NCBI RefSeq assembly: GCF_002571385.2
Contig: NW_019218106.1
Span: 10,972 to 74,971 of the forward strand
Reading direction: 5' to 3'
Origin: Stylophora pistillata
Taxonomy: Eukaryota
Length of the DNA stretch: 64,000 nt
The translations under genes were made by a program, and so were the position numbers. Positions 51,901-61,685 of the stretch are shown piece by piece (position 1 is the stretch's first letter; the number at the start of each line of letters is the position of its first letter). Below the pieces are notes generated by a model. That model saw only the letters and a program-made list of their open reading frames with translations, did not search any database and was not told the origin of the DNA.

Positions 51901-54900
51901 GTGCATCCGATGAAGAAAACATCTGTTCATATCTTATATTTCTGTCGTTTTAGAGCACGCGCCCTTCGATCGGCCACAAGTTCTGGTTCGGCCGTGTCCC
52001 CCGCGGCCACCGTTGGTGGAGCAGGGAACTCGGAGGAGTCATCCGGACTGTACCTCAAACAGTTTGTCTACTCCAAGGCGACACAATACCGCAAGCTTAA
52101 AACCGAATGGAAAACCAACGTTTTCCTGGGAAGATCGAATATTCAGGTAAGACAGTTTCATTGATGATTCAAAGTGGCAGACAAATGAAATTATAAACGA
52201 TGCATCGATCCCTTGGTCATGAACGTTATATACAATGGAGTTTTTCTTTTAGGACAGGGATATCATATTTTCAAACAGTATACAAGTTTTAGTACCAAAT
52301 CTGTGACCCAAAACACATCAATTACTCGTACATGCAACGTCCGAAAAATTGCGTGTATGTACAACCCCTAAGTCCTACCTTGCACGCTTGCTTCACACTA
52401 TATGCGATAAGTTTGAAAATAGTCATCGTAGTTTAGTCGTATTTAAGCAAGTATTTTTATCCAACTTGTAAAAACTCCCTGATGAAGACTGCTATCGTCA
52501 GACGAAACGCGCAGGAGATTAAATCAAGTTATTCTATTTTAGTTCGTTTAGTGCTGCCTACTAGTTTATCATTTTAAAAGGGTCAAAGAGGACCTCAAAG
52601 ACTCTCTTAAGGGGACCAAAATTATTTGAACTGCTAACGAATTCTTGCCATACGGACCTCTGTTAAGGTCGGCACACACGAGGGGACTAGTCCCTGCGAC
52701 TAGTCCCGACGACAAGTCTTTGAAGGGTTTACGCGAGGGGACCGGTAGTAGGGACTAGTCCCTTAAGGCGTTCACACGAGGGCACTCAATTGCACAAGAA
52801 CATAGGAAAATTAAGAGGCAAAAGATGTTTCTTAGTCTGGGGCGTTACACGAAAACAATGAAAATTTGGTAACTTTTCATTGTAGCACTACTAAACATCA
52901 ACGCAAATGAACTACACTTGTTCNNNNNNNNNNNNNNNNNNNNNNNNNNNNNNNNNNNNNNNNNNNNNNNNNNNNNNNNNNNNNNNNNNNNNNNNNNNNN
53001 NNNNNNNNNNNNNNNNNNNNNNNNNNNNNNNNNNNNNNNNNNNNNNNNNNNNNNNNNNNNNNNNNNNNNNNNNNNNNNNNNNNNNNNNNNNNNNNNNNNN
53101 NNNNNNNNNNNNNNNNNNNNNNNNNNNNNNNNNNNNNNNNNNNNNNNNNNNNNNNNNNNNNNNNNNNNNNNNNNNNNNNNNNNNNNNNNNNNNNNNNNNN
53201 NNNNNTTTTTTTTGTAACACTTGAAGTAAAACCGCAAAGTCAAACATGTTACATAGGAATTCAGTGAACATATTAAAATTCAGGGACTAGTCCCCTCATG
53301 TGTGCCGACCTTTACGATCGGTGCCAGGTGATCCCCTTTGAAGCAGTGGCTCTGAAAATGTAACAGTGACATACGCAAATAATTTAAGTCGTTTTTCTCT
53401 GCCATTTCAGGGCTTAGGTCTGTTTGCAAACAAAGACATGGAAGCGGTAAGTTCAATCTTTGTTTCTATCAGAGCTGACGAAACAGCTGTCTTTACAAAC
53501 TTAGATATTAATTGCAGTGTTGTTTCTCTCCGACAGGGAAGCATGGTGATCGAGTACATTGGTTCTATTATTCGAAACGAGGTCGCAAACAGAAGAGAGC
53601 AAATCTATGAAAAACAGGTGAGTTGTGTGGAGTATGTGTACGTGACGCCATTTGATGTCATTGTGTTGCGCGTCAATTCATAGCGGAATGCTTCGTAAAC
53701 AGTTTCCGCAGACATGTTATCTTTTTACTTCTTTGAAGGGGTGATGTTGTCAGGAGAAAGTAGATGCTAGTCACTCTTAGGGGTCAAGGAGTTGAGGAAC
53801 ATGGGGGAAGGGGGTGGGCAAATTTAGTTTTGATCCTTACATGCCAAAGCTAATGTGTTTGTTATCTCTATTTTTTCGTAGAATCGTGGTGTGTACATGT
53901 TTAGAATAGACTCTGACGCAGTGATAGATGCCACAATGGCCGGCGGACCAGCACGTTACATCAACCACTCCTGTATGGTAAGTTACCAACAACATCCCTT
54001 TTTAAGTCAGATCCTTGCAGATTTCATTATTTCAGGTTACTAATGCTCTTGAAACGTGATCGACCCCAGAGGTGCAATTCATTCACAGTGCGCACCAGTT
54101 TTTGCTGAAGATCTAAGTTCCGTTCGCATACCTAGGCGTATGGACTTTGAAACAAACGCGATAAGATTTCAAAACTTTTTTCAACCAATCAAACTGCAGG
54201 AACACGAACAACAGAAAGTCTTAGTGTGGCGACTTTTTTTCCGACTCTTCAATGCGTGATTTCTGATTACCGGATAAATCATCCCTAGGACCTGTGCTAT
54301 TTCTCCGACTAGCGAGAGAAACTCCAAGCTTCTTTTGACCACAAGATGTTGATAAAAATGTGACAAAACGTCAAGTTTTGGTGTAAGCGCCCAAGATAGG
54401 TTCAACACATCCATTCCACATTTCAGTGTAGAAAAATAGTCTAACGCGAACTTCTTCATTTGACGTAATCCTTAAAATAACATCGAATATTTCTTTACAG
54501 TATTATCCCTAAACCAAACACTGAAGGCCGTGAGAATAAAGGAAATGATCGAAAACTAAAGATGCTCTTGATTCGTATGATGCACGATCTTCGCAGTAGA
54601 GAGCGCTATTTATGCAATAGCGGAAATCAGACCTGAAAAAAATCAGGCCTGTTCGGGGATTCGAACCACTGACCTTTGCGATACTAGTGCAGCGCTCTAC
54701 CAATTGAGCTAACAAGCCAACTGGGAGCAGGCCGTTAAGTTGATTCGTAATAAACCCGTGATGATAAATCAGTTATGATGAATATATGAAGTTCATATAT
54801 TCATCATATGCTCTTGATTGTTAAAGAAATTCTCCCTGTCGGTACCTTACGAAATGAATTAAGGACAGTGTGGAGAATATGCAGTCTGATGTCAGGGTTT

Positions 54901-56014
54901 AAGATTGTTCAGCCAGCTTTGCTCACAGCCATTTCATATTTTCTTCCATAGCCAAACTGTGTTGCTGAAGTTGTAACGTTTGAAAAGGACCAAAAGATTA
55001 TCATTATATCCAACAGGAAAGTTGAAAAGGGAGAAGAGGTAATATTCTGATCTTGGTTTAATTTGGATAGGGTTAACGAAGGGCTAACGCTCGAAACGTC
55101 AGCTTTTGTAATCGTTACGGTGGGCAATTTATCACTTCAACTTTGTTGATATATCCAAATTATTTCGTTACTCCCACCGACGCAGCCCCAAACAGTTTCT
55201 TTCGAAACTATCAGCCTTTATTCATTTGATCTTGATTTACTTCATTTTTCATAATGGTAGTTTATATGCTTCAGTACTGGGAATTGTTTGAAGCTCTCCA
55301 TTTGTTAGCAGATGTTTTACATGTCTGGGCCGTGTTTGTAGATGTAGAATTCACGATTTTGCATTTTGACTCGGCAAAAAATTAACGAGAGAAAAAGCTC
55401 CTCGTTCTCGATGTTAATTTTTCTTTCCTTTTGGATTTATTTGAAACTGTGAGCAATATTAAGAAACTCTCAGAATGGTACTGATAGAAAAACGAAGATT
55501 AACTGGCCAAAAGATTTTTTTTTTATTTTAAAAAAATGTTTTGTTTGCAAATGGTCCCATGGCATTTAAACTTTTGTCTTGTCCTACAACATGTAGTTGT
55601 GTTTTTTAACTAAAAATTAAAGAAAATGAGAAACGCCCTTGAATAAGTTTAGTTTATTAATGCTACCTTCGGTAGCTAGGCCGATTTTGACTTCAATTTC
55701 CCTCAAGTACCTTACAAAGTTAAGCGCGTCACTTTTCCCTGGCGGTTTTTCGGTGAATTGAGATCCAACGTAAATGCTTCCCAGAATTTTATCTTGAAAC
55801 AAACAGGAGTTTTTATGATTCGTACGTGTGCTGTGAATAGGTCATTTCTAAGGGAGTTGAAGGTGTTGTTTAGATGTGTCGTTGTGTGTGAAGTTTATTT
55901 ACGCGTCGTTTTCTTTTGCAGCTCACTTATGACTACAAATTCGAATTTGAAGATGAAGAAAACAAGATCCCATGCCTTTGCGGTGCTCCGAATTGCCGCA
56001 AATGGATGAACTAA
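15368..56014 (+). CDS. KMT2C: Histone-lysine N-methyltransferase 2C/2D (MLL3/MLL4 co-orthologue), 41 coding exons, about 5060 aa
   Basis: Manually traced GT-AG exons with consistent phases: 15368-15374, 16706-16752, 19587-19735, 20892-20973, 21635-21744, 23233-23728, 24007-24111, 24712-24769, 25409-25586, 26647-26761, 27381-27689, 28808-29329, 31837-32049, 32724-32905, 33235-33399, 33765-33886, 35244-35881, 36327-36482, 36620-36891, 37173-37324, 38061-38747, 39220-39293, 39488-39535, 39825-44042, 44177-48487, 48657-48770, 48852-48964, 49261-49387, 49749-49883, 50080-50198, 50289-50421, 50567-50732, 50936-51024, 51172-51219, 51410-51546, 51954-52146, 53411-53446, 53537-53617, 53882-53977, 54952-55038, 55922-56014 (sum 15183 nt). 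Domain order is AT-hook, ePHD, PHD clusters, [14 protein letters not shown] box, ePHD, FYRN/FYRC, Win motif, SET, post-SET. Exons 1-5 are the least certain. Confidence 0.95.
17330..17575 (+). mobile_element. Probable LINE (L2/CR1-type) 3' end
   Basis: taattcagccc..ggcggcaaggtgtt, then AATAAA and a (TATC)n tail. Confidence 0.5.
21385..22148. repeat. Two diverged direct copies (about 21385-21552 and 22010-22148) of a hAT-like end flanking exon 5
   Basis: Both contain ggcaaattgacc...ttttgcccacc..gtttgacaatctggaggaaag...gctgaaaacattaatgaaac(c/t)cctg. Confidence 0.8.
23233..27689 (+). CDS. KMT2C: KMT2C/D exons 6-11: extended PHD plus first PHD cluster
   Basis: CSFCNCG...[13 protein letters not shown]; [16 protein letters not shown]; CVLC...[12 protein letters not shown]...[12 protein letters not shown]; [18 protein letters not shown]; CPLC...[12 protein letters not shown]...YFCPSC. 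Confidence 0.95.
24180..24355. mobile_element. hAT-like MITE with 6-bp TSD
   Basis: TIR pair CAGGACTCGACACTAAC / GTTAGTGTCGAGCCCTG, CTCATT on both flanks, and internal TGGCTAG repeats. Confidence 0.8.
26040..26311 (+). mobile_element. Probable L2/Crack LINE 3' end with (TTG)n tail
   Basis: ctccccgcctcgattagt...ttatttgcaaggag stem followed by ttgttgttgtcattgttg. Confidence 0.45.
28533..28761. mobile_element. MITE with GGGCCC termini and CTG TSD (Harbinger-like)
   Basis: ctg|GGGCCCCTTTCTCAAAAG ... CTTTCGAGAAACGGGCCC|ctg. Confidence 0.8.
28808..33886 (+). CDS. KMT2C: KMT2C/D exons 12-16: linker plus second PHD cluster
   Basis: [24 protein letters not shown]...[13 protein letters not shown]; [14 protein letters not shown]...WKCKWCV; RWLHGSCD...YHCLYCRP. 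Confidence 0.95.
29545..30607 (-). mobile_element. Young Penelope-like retrotransposon (RT thumb, GIY-YIG and pLTR) in intron 12, antisense, running into a gap
   Basis: Open frame [20 protein letters not shown]...IPYIKG.SE...[24 protein letters not shown]...LESW...LN with stop at 29820. The 3' region carries a hammerhead motif. Confidence 0.93.
29635..29679 (-). ncRNA. Minimal type I hammerhead ribozyme (Penelope pLTR)
   Basis: Minus strand UGACU-CUGAUGA-UGAC(loop)GUC-GAAAC-GUC^AGUCA: intact core, stems I and II, and a palindromic minimal stem III. Confidence 0.8.
30608..31564. other. Assembly gap (others at 7978-7988 and 52924-53205)
   Basis: Runs of N, each adjoining a repeat. Confidence 1.
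31565..31691 (+). mobile_element. Probable LINE 3' end with (AAACTC)n tail
   Basis: ggaacgaaagttc.gttcc hairpin followed by gtggcgaatcaattaaactcaaactcaaact. Confidence 0.4.
32306..32527. mobile_element. Degenerate TA-flanked MITE
   Basis: Imperfect TIR pair tagcttcaaagcaggctcttt ... aaagcgtgcttgcagacta. Confidence 0.4.
34535..34850 (+). mobile_element. One-armed copy of the 1-451 hairpin element (intron 16)
   Basis: Closely similar to the reverse complement of about 135-448. It ends at cttggttaataagatatata. Confidence 0.9.
35244..39535 (+). CDS. KMT2C: KMT2C/D exons 17-23: includes [11 protein letters not shown] motif and HMG box
   Basis: LTESG...GRPGVGGF; [11 protein letters not shown]; [21 protein letters not shown]...[18 protein letters not shown]...PYRLKARDNR. 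Confidence 0.9.
37690..37916 (+). repeat. Probable LINE 3' end with long (ATT)n microsatellite tail
   Basis: AATAAA at about 37854 followed by about 17 ATT units. Confidence 0.55.
39825..44042 (+). CDS. KMT2C: KMT2C/D exon 24 (4218 nt): polyQ and Q/P-rich low-complexity region
   Basis: Uninterrupted ORF bounded by cccgcag| and AAG|gtagga, in phase with its neighbours. Confidence 0.92.
44177..48487 (+). CDS. KMT2C: KMT2C/D exon 25 (4311 nt): disordered/acidic region, coiled coil, conserved [22 protein letters not shown] block, YCRHC..FCSEAC zinc motif
   Basis: Uninterrupted ORF bounded by gttcag| and GAG|gtaagt. Confidence 0.92.
48657..56014 (+). CDS. KMT2C: KMT2C/D exons 26-41: ePHD, FYRN, FYRC, Win motif, SET, post-SET
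   Basis: [19 protein letters not shown]; VYPVGF..RLYWS; GEDLFGL; [10 protein letters not shown]; LGRSNIQGLGLFA; VIEYIG; YMFRID; [12 protein letters not shown]; GEELTYDYKF; [15 protein letters not shown]. Confidence 0.97.
51641..51754. mobile_element. Short degenerate MITE
   Basis: ctggagcgctttttgattgaatgtcg ... cgacactcaattgaaaaatttctctag. Confidence 0.55.
51839..51890. repeat. Perfect 26-bp tandem duplication
   Basis: gatttctgtctggttgcttctgagac occurs twice in tandem. Confidence 0.95.
52475..52517 (+). ncRNA. Degenerate minimal hammerhead ribozyme motif
   Basis: CTCC-CTGATGA-AGACTG(loop)CAGAC-GAAAC-GCGC-AGGAG. It lacks the U of the GUC cleavage triplet and has a stem II mismatch. Confidence 0.5.
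52666..53311. mobile_element. Harbinger-type MITE containing captured host sequence (spans a gap)
   Basis: tta|AGGTCGGCACACACGAGGGGACTAGTCCCTG ... CAGGGACTAGTCCCCTCATGTGTGCCGACCT|tta, with internal GGGACTAGTCCC palindromes. Confidence 0.88.
54575..54810 (-). mobile_element. tRNA-derived repeat (tRNA-like part 54645-54718) nested in a TTAA-MITE
   Basis: Minus strand GGCTTGTTAGCTCAATTGGTAGAGCG...GGTTCGAATCCC with A and B boxes, then a T-run and conserved flanks. A decayed copy lies at about 25170-25310. Confidence 0.7.
55073..55210 (+). mobile_element. Short Penelope-type repeat with mutated hammerhead core
   Basis: TTAACGA-AGGGCTAACGCTC-GAAACGTC-AGC ... cccaccgacgcagc...cagtttctttcgaaact. 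Confidence 0.65.
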
Positions 56015-56496
56015 CGCGAAGACATATTGTGTTTCAATCAGAAATGTATTTATCGTTATTTATTTAACGTGTTTCCCCTTGACGGAATGTTCTACAGTTT
56101 TTGGCCGGTTCAAATCCTTAGATTTCTTACTCTTAGGACTGCAAGGAATATATATATAAATATATGCATAAATTGTATGCTGCATCATTAAAACATAGTT
56201 TTAGTTCGCATTTTTTTCCTTATTTTTTTTTTTTGTAACACTTGAAGTAAAACCGCAAAGTCAAACATGTTACATAGGAATTCAGTGAACATATTAAAAT
56301 TGCTTGTTTTTTTTTTGTTTTGTTTTTTTTTTTGTTTTTGTTTTTGCCCTGAAGTGCGGCTTAATTATGACGATAATTATAGTGCCAAAATTTTCGAGAG
56401 TTTTTTAAAAATTTTACACGCGCCGAATGCGTGAAACATGGAATGTAGTGTACATAATACGGTATTGCCTGAAGTGAAGTTTTATTGAATATGAAG

Positions 56497-56502
56497 AATA
56501 AA
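56497..56502 (+). terminator. Probable polyadenylation signal of KMT2C/D
   Basis: First AATAAA I found after the stop codon (about 480 nt downstream), followed by GT-rich sequence. Confidence 0.5.
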
Positions 56503-58799
56503 CAATATGCTTAGAAAACTGTTATTTACTGGTGAGTTTCAGTGTTTTGAGACTGCGCATTTTTGAAAAAGCAGTGCCATAATGGCTGGTGTTACTCCTC
56601 TGAAACCTCTCTCGGGCGTCAAAGCCTTTGTTAGAATATGGCGCTAAAACTTTAATTGATTCTTTTGATTTTGAGACGCTGACAACGTCGGCGACAAGAA
56701 GGGGGTAATTGAGGGCAAGCTGCCTTAAAGGCACCTGAGAGAAAAACTAAGAACCTAGCAACTTATGGTTGTTTTCAATTTTGACGTAAAAGAATAATTC
56801 ATGAAAGGGCAGTTTGATACTTAGTAACGTGACCTTTGTGAAGCGCACATCACGCGAATGTTAACAACAGTTTGTTCCTCGTTAATCCTCGGCACGTACT
56901 TGGCTGGTTTTGTAAAGTGGATTATAATTTTCTTCGTGTTTTTGTGGCGCACTGCCTTGTACTTAACGAATCCACAAATTTCGTGTGGGATAAGTGTCTT
57001 CTTTCTTAATGGTGTGTTGAAAACGTTCACGGAACCAAACTGACGGTTCTGTTTGATTTCGAACTCAAGCACAACATTAATTGCCGTAGGGCGGACCAAA
57101 GTACTCTTGCAACTTTGTGATGTTAATGAATTCCGTTTCGTGGAAAGCTTCTCGTTAATTATTTTAGTCAATCGCAAATGAAACAAAATATGCGACATTC
57201 AAAGGAAAGGAAGTTTGAGAGCAATTCCTGACAAAAAAAAAAAAAAAAAAAACCAAAATGGATTTTTTAACAAGCAATGTAATTGAACGTGATGAAAGAA
57301 CTAAAGTGAAGTAACCCACGAATTTGACGCAAAAGTTAAGCTTCAGTTTCCTCTCCGTAGACCTTCGTGTCAGGAAGCAGGTGTTCTCGTTTGAAGTGGT
57401 TACGATATTTGACAAACTTTCGTGGCGCCCCGTTGACTAGGGAGCGTGTTGTTGTTAGGACAGGATGTCGCCATACATTCATTCTTTTTATCTCTGACAA
57501 GTCACAGGGATGGATGCTAGGCTTTGCGGAAAATGTCAGTAACTATAATTACAGTAGTGTCGACCCAACTCTAACGGACCAAACTCGCATATATATGGAA
57601 GGAACACTGACCCCTTTGCAATGAAATCAATAATTGGCCTGTAGCACTGACATTTTCATAAAAACTTCTGACCAAGAGGATAAGAATACACTTTGCCATA
57701 AAAAGTTCAACAGTGTTTTCTGATCAAAAGTACTATTTTTTGCAGTGTGCTGCGGGGAGAATACAGAAATTTCTTGAAATTCCTTAAACTTTTACAAAAC
57801 GTGTTTATCGTCGGATCGCATAAAAATTTTATTTGAGCGTTTGAATCTTTTTTTGTATTTACAATTATGTCACCTGCTAAAGGTAGGAGAAAAATTCACG
57901 AAAGAGCGATTGCTGTTTTCGTTACTGACTACTAATGGCACAGAAATATTTTCTAATTTGTAATTTTGGTGAATTCGTGTTTCATTTTCAAAATTTTTTT
58001 TTGAAATAAGTCAAGTCCAAAACATGATTTTGCTTCAATAAATATATATATGTATCAATTGCAAACCCACGTATCCCCTGTGTGCCTCGATATTGTTAAT
58101 CAAATCCATACATTCTGAGGTTGTTATATTAGTTCATTTCCGTTTATTCGTCTTTCAATTTGAACACTGCATTGATTTTGACTAATTTTAAGAAGCATTC
58201 TGTAAGGTGGAAAGCAGTCGTGTAGGTGAAGTATCTTTTGACTGTAATTGAGAGCATGTCGCGCAAGGGGTTTTGGGTGGTACTTCAAGTTGAGATAGTT
58301 TCCTATGCTGTTGGTGGCCATGAAGTCGTGGTGGTTTGTTGTATTTTGTTGTGGGTGTAATTGTTGAAGGGACCAGAGAATTAGGAAAATCGAATCGTCA
58401 AACTTGCCATCTTTCTGTTTTCGCTTCTTTTCATTCGAAAGTAAAATGTTATAATTCACAAATCGTTCCATTGAGATTTTAAAAAATATGAAATGTTGCT
58501 ATTTTTATTGCGGTTGTTTTTTTCTTACCATATTGCAACTATGAATTATATCGGCAAAACAAAATTAAAAGAATTAAGTAAAACTTGCCGAGACACGGGA
58601 GTAGAAATAATATGTCGAGTTCCACAAAATTGAAACTCAAATTCAAGTTAGCGTCATTTTCTAAATATCTTTTCCTCCCATTTTCAATACAAGTAATCAA
58701 CAACGTGTTTATATTGAGTCATCATGGGTCTACAAAAACATTTGTTGCGTCACTTGAAAAGCGACATTTAGGCCTCATTCCAGGGGTTTTCAGCATGAA

Positions 58800-58970
58800 A
58801 GACCCAGTTCTGCAAAACCGGAAATGTTCACTTCCGGTGTACGTGGTTAAAGCAAAACAATACCATCAAGGTAGACGACTTGTCGAGTTTATGGCTGTAA
58901 GCATGCCGAGAAAGAATGAGCGCTGATATTTAGCACCCCTTTTAAGGCTCCGCCATTTTCACTTTCCCGA
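58800..58970 (+). promoter_or_regulatory. Candidate promoter of the Smad4-like gene
   Basis: Inverted ETS-type pair ACCGGAAAT/ACTTCCGGT at about 58817-58839 and YY1-like CGCCATTTT at about 58951, in CpG-rich sequence. A possible non-coding exon donor lies at 59740 and an acceptor at 60333. Confidence 0.35.
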
Positions 58971-60615
58971 TAAATTCTTTTGTCACAAACCACTTGGTGG
59001 ATTTAGATACTGGCTGATATGCCAAGTGGGCCCCTCCCTTACGCAAACAAAGGCCCTCCTTGCACGCTAGCTAATGATGCATTTTATTAACCACAGGGTC
59101 CAACCTGTATTTTTCCGAAATTGTTGTTGGTTGCAGCTTTCATGCCAGAATCACCTTCGCGCGCGCAAGCCGAGGAGTTGTGCAGACATATTCTTCCTAG
59201 TCCCCCACGGAGCGAGACGAAAACATGGCCGAAAAGTAGACACCCTCAAATTCCAGACAGACAAACAAGACGGCCAGACGTTGGGAGTCGGAACACTCAT
59301 TGTACCACCCAAAAACGGGATTAAAGAAGACAAATTTGACTTATTGTAATTTCAGTCGGCGTATGAAAAGTCGCGAACGTGCTTGCTTCGCTGTTCGCGT
59401 GACAGGCTTAAATTTATCTATTCCATACTTCACGAAAAGCCTTCAAAGAGCACGAAATGTTTTCTTTCATCTCTGATGTATTGTTGCGTGTAAAAATACC
59501 GTGTAATTTAATACTTGCTGGTGAAACAAATATAGAAAGACAGATAGGCCAGTTTTATTTTCGTTTCGAAAATAAGACTTCAGGTCTGGGACATATGAAT
59601 GTCTTTCTCTTCACGAGCCACCTTGTGGATTAAGGCGACCTATTAGGGAACTTATGTAGGGGGAGAAAATTTCACTTTTCTGGGTATAGACATCTGAGTC
59701 GATATTGTACTGAAATTCAAAAGAATTATTTCATTTCCTGTAAGTCGTAGTTAATTTATATTGCTTCAGCTCTCACCAAGAGCACCGTAATTGTGATTCC
59801 AATAATCTTGCAGCTTACGTTGATTAATGGACAAAAAGAAATGCGTGGGCGACAGAACAAATGTTTTAAAACTGCTATGACAACTTGTTTCTCACATTTC
59901 TTGGCGCCAGCAGAAGTCAGGGAAGGAAATAGAAATACGTGTCTGCGACAGCCTTTCAAATTTAACTTTTCAACTTTGTCACATAAAAATAATCATTTTT
60001 TCCTTGCTTGGCAAGTGAACATGTATCCCAGAGGCTGCCGTTATGCAACAGCTTTAAGATTTTAGGGCTAGACGTGACTTATTTATTTCAGTCAAGGTCT
60101 TATTTCAAAACGAGTGGGTGGTGAAGAACTTATGCTTCACGATTACGTATCAAAAAACAAGCGAGAATTTTCGTGTGTGTGAAAACGTGTTGCGACGTAG
60201 TTGACCGGTGAAAACTCGTTTAGTCTGAACAAACATAAGCTTATTCTATTAACACAATTGTCACTAGGAAACATGTCCTCCGGTAATATCATTGCCATCG
60301 GATTTCCCACTTTTTTTTTTTTCGTGTCCTCAGCTTTGAAAGTAACCAAACATATGAAAATACATTGTTTACCATTTCCTGTCAGTCATTTTGATCGACA
60401 GGAACGCGTGTAAGGATTAATTGCTATCGTTTTCTGAGCGATATGATTGGGCGAGAGGCTTGCCATGACATGACCATAGTGGATTGAATCTGAACATGTT
60501 CTGCGCATATGGTGTTGTTTGGAAAGAACGTTCAAGAAAGTGGGATTTTGAAGGACGGAACCTTCTTGAATTTTGAACTACGACGATGAAATGAGGACTA
60601 TCCAGGGAGAGGGGA

Positions 60616-61063
60616 ATGGAGAAAAGCTTAGTGCAATCGGCTTCCCCGAAGAGAGGACCGAGCTCTGCCGATGCGAATCTAAGTATTGTGTTGAATTTAA
60701 TGTGCCATACAACTTGCCATCGTCAAGGAGGCGAAACTGAGAAATTCGCAAAGAGAGCCATCGAATCTCTGGTCAAAAAGCTTAGAAAGAAATCTGAAGA
60801 GCTTGACTCCCTAATCACTGCTATCACGACTAAAGGATCCAAGTCGTCAAAATGCGTCACGATCCAGAGAACTTTAGATGGCAGACTTCAAGTTTGTGAG
60901 CGCAAAGGCTTTCCGCATGTGATCTACGCTCGACTATGGCGATGGCCCGACATTCAAAAAATGGAGATGAAACATTTAGAATTCTGTCGATACGGCTATG
61001 ATCTCAAGTACGAGAGTGTCTGCGTCAATCCGTACCATTATGAGCGGATACGTAGTCCGGCCG
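60616..61063 (+). CDS. SMAD4: Smad4-type (Co-Smad) gene, first coding exon with the entire MH1 domain; gene continues beyond the window
   Basis: LSIV..LMCH...[32 protein letters not shown]...[33 protein letters not shown]...[11 protein letters not shown], with donor GCCG|gtaaga. It is divergent and may be a Smad4-like paralogue. Confidence 0.9.
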
Positions 61064-61685
61064 GTAAGAGTCATGTGTTTATGTCTTTTTTATTTTTTCT
61101 GTGGATACAGTAATGTATGTTGGGTCAATCGATCGTGTGGTGTCATGTCAAAGAGACCAAAATCTTAAACGCACGCATCGCGTACGTGCTGATAAAATTT
61201 ACACCGGCGCCTTATTATGTGAGAATGGCTCAAAACATAGAATATTTTATTCTCATCAATTTTGATTATCAGCTAACCCAAGGGGATTTTTTTATTTTCG
61301 TGCCGCGTTTGAAACTAAAACAGATCTTTCTCTGTTGCACTCGATCGGGGGTAATATTTTTGTAATTCACTCATGGTCATTGTCCCTTCCGACATATGAT
61401 CGAATCGTCGGAGTGTTTAGTCGTAACATTATCTTTCTGCTTATGAAAATGCTTACGGTGATCGCGCTTCCCGTTCAACAAATCCGGAGCTCACTCGCTC
61501 TTTCACGCTAGATTCGTCGTACAAAATGCTAATTTTCAAAGGAGTAGGCACGCCAATGTTTTCCTCCAAGCTTGGTCATTGTTTGGAAAACGAGCCAGCG
61601 GCTATTTTGCATTTTTAATTTCCAGTCGTTGATCGCTTAGAATTTTGCCGGATTTTTTCGCGCGATTTTGCTAGGACGGCTTGCC

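Noticed and set aside
54645-54718. tRNA gene
   Set aside because: The anticodon arm is irregular, it is embedded in repeat flanks, and a decayed second copy lies at about 25.2 kb. It is better called a tRNA-derived repeat.
57424-61211. BMP-responsive GGCGCC-N5-GTCT composite elements
   Set aside because: The GGCGCC sites at about 57424, 59903 and 61206 lack a correctly spaced GTCT.
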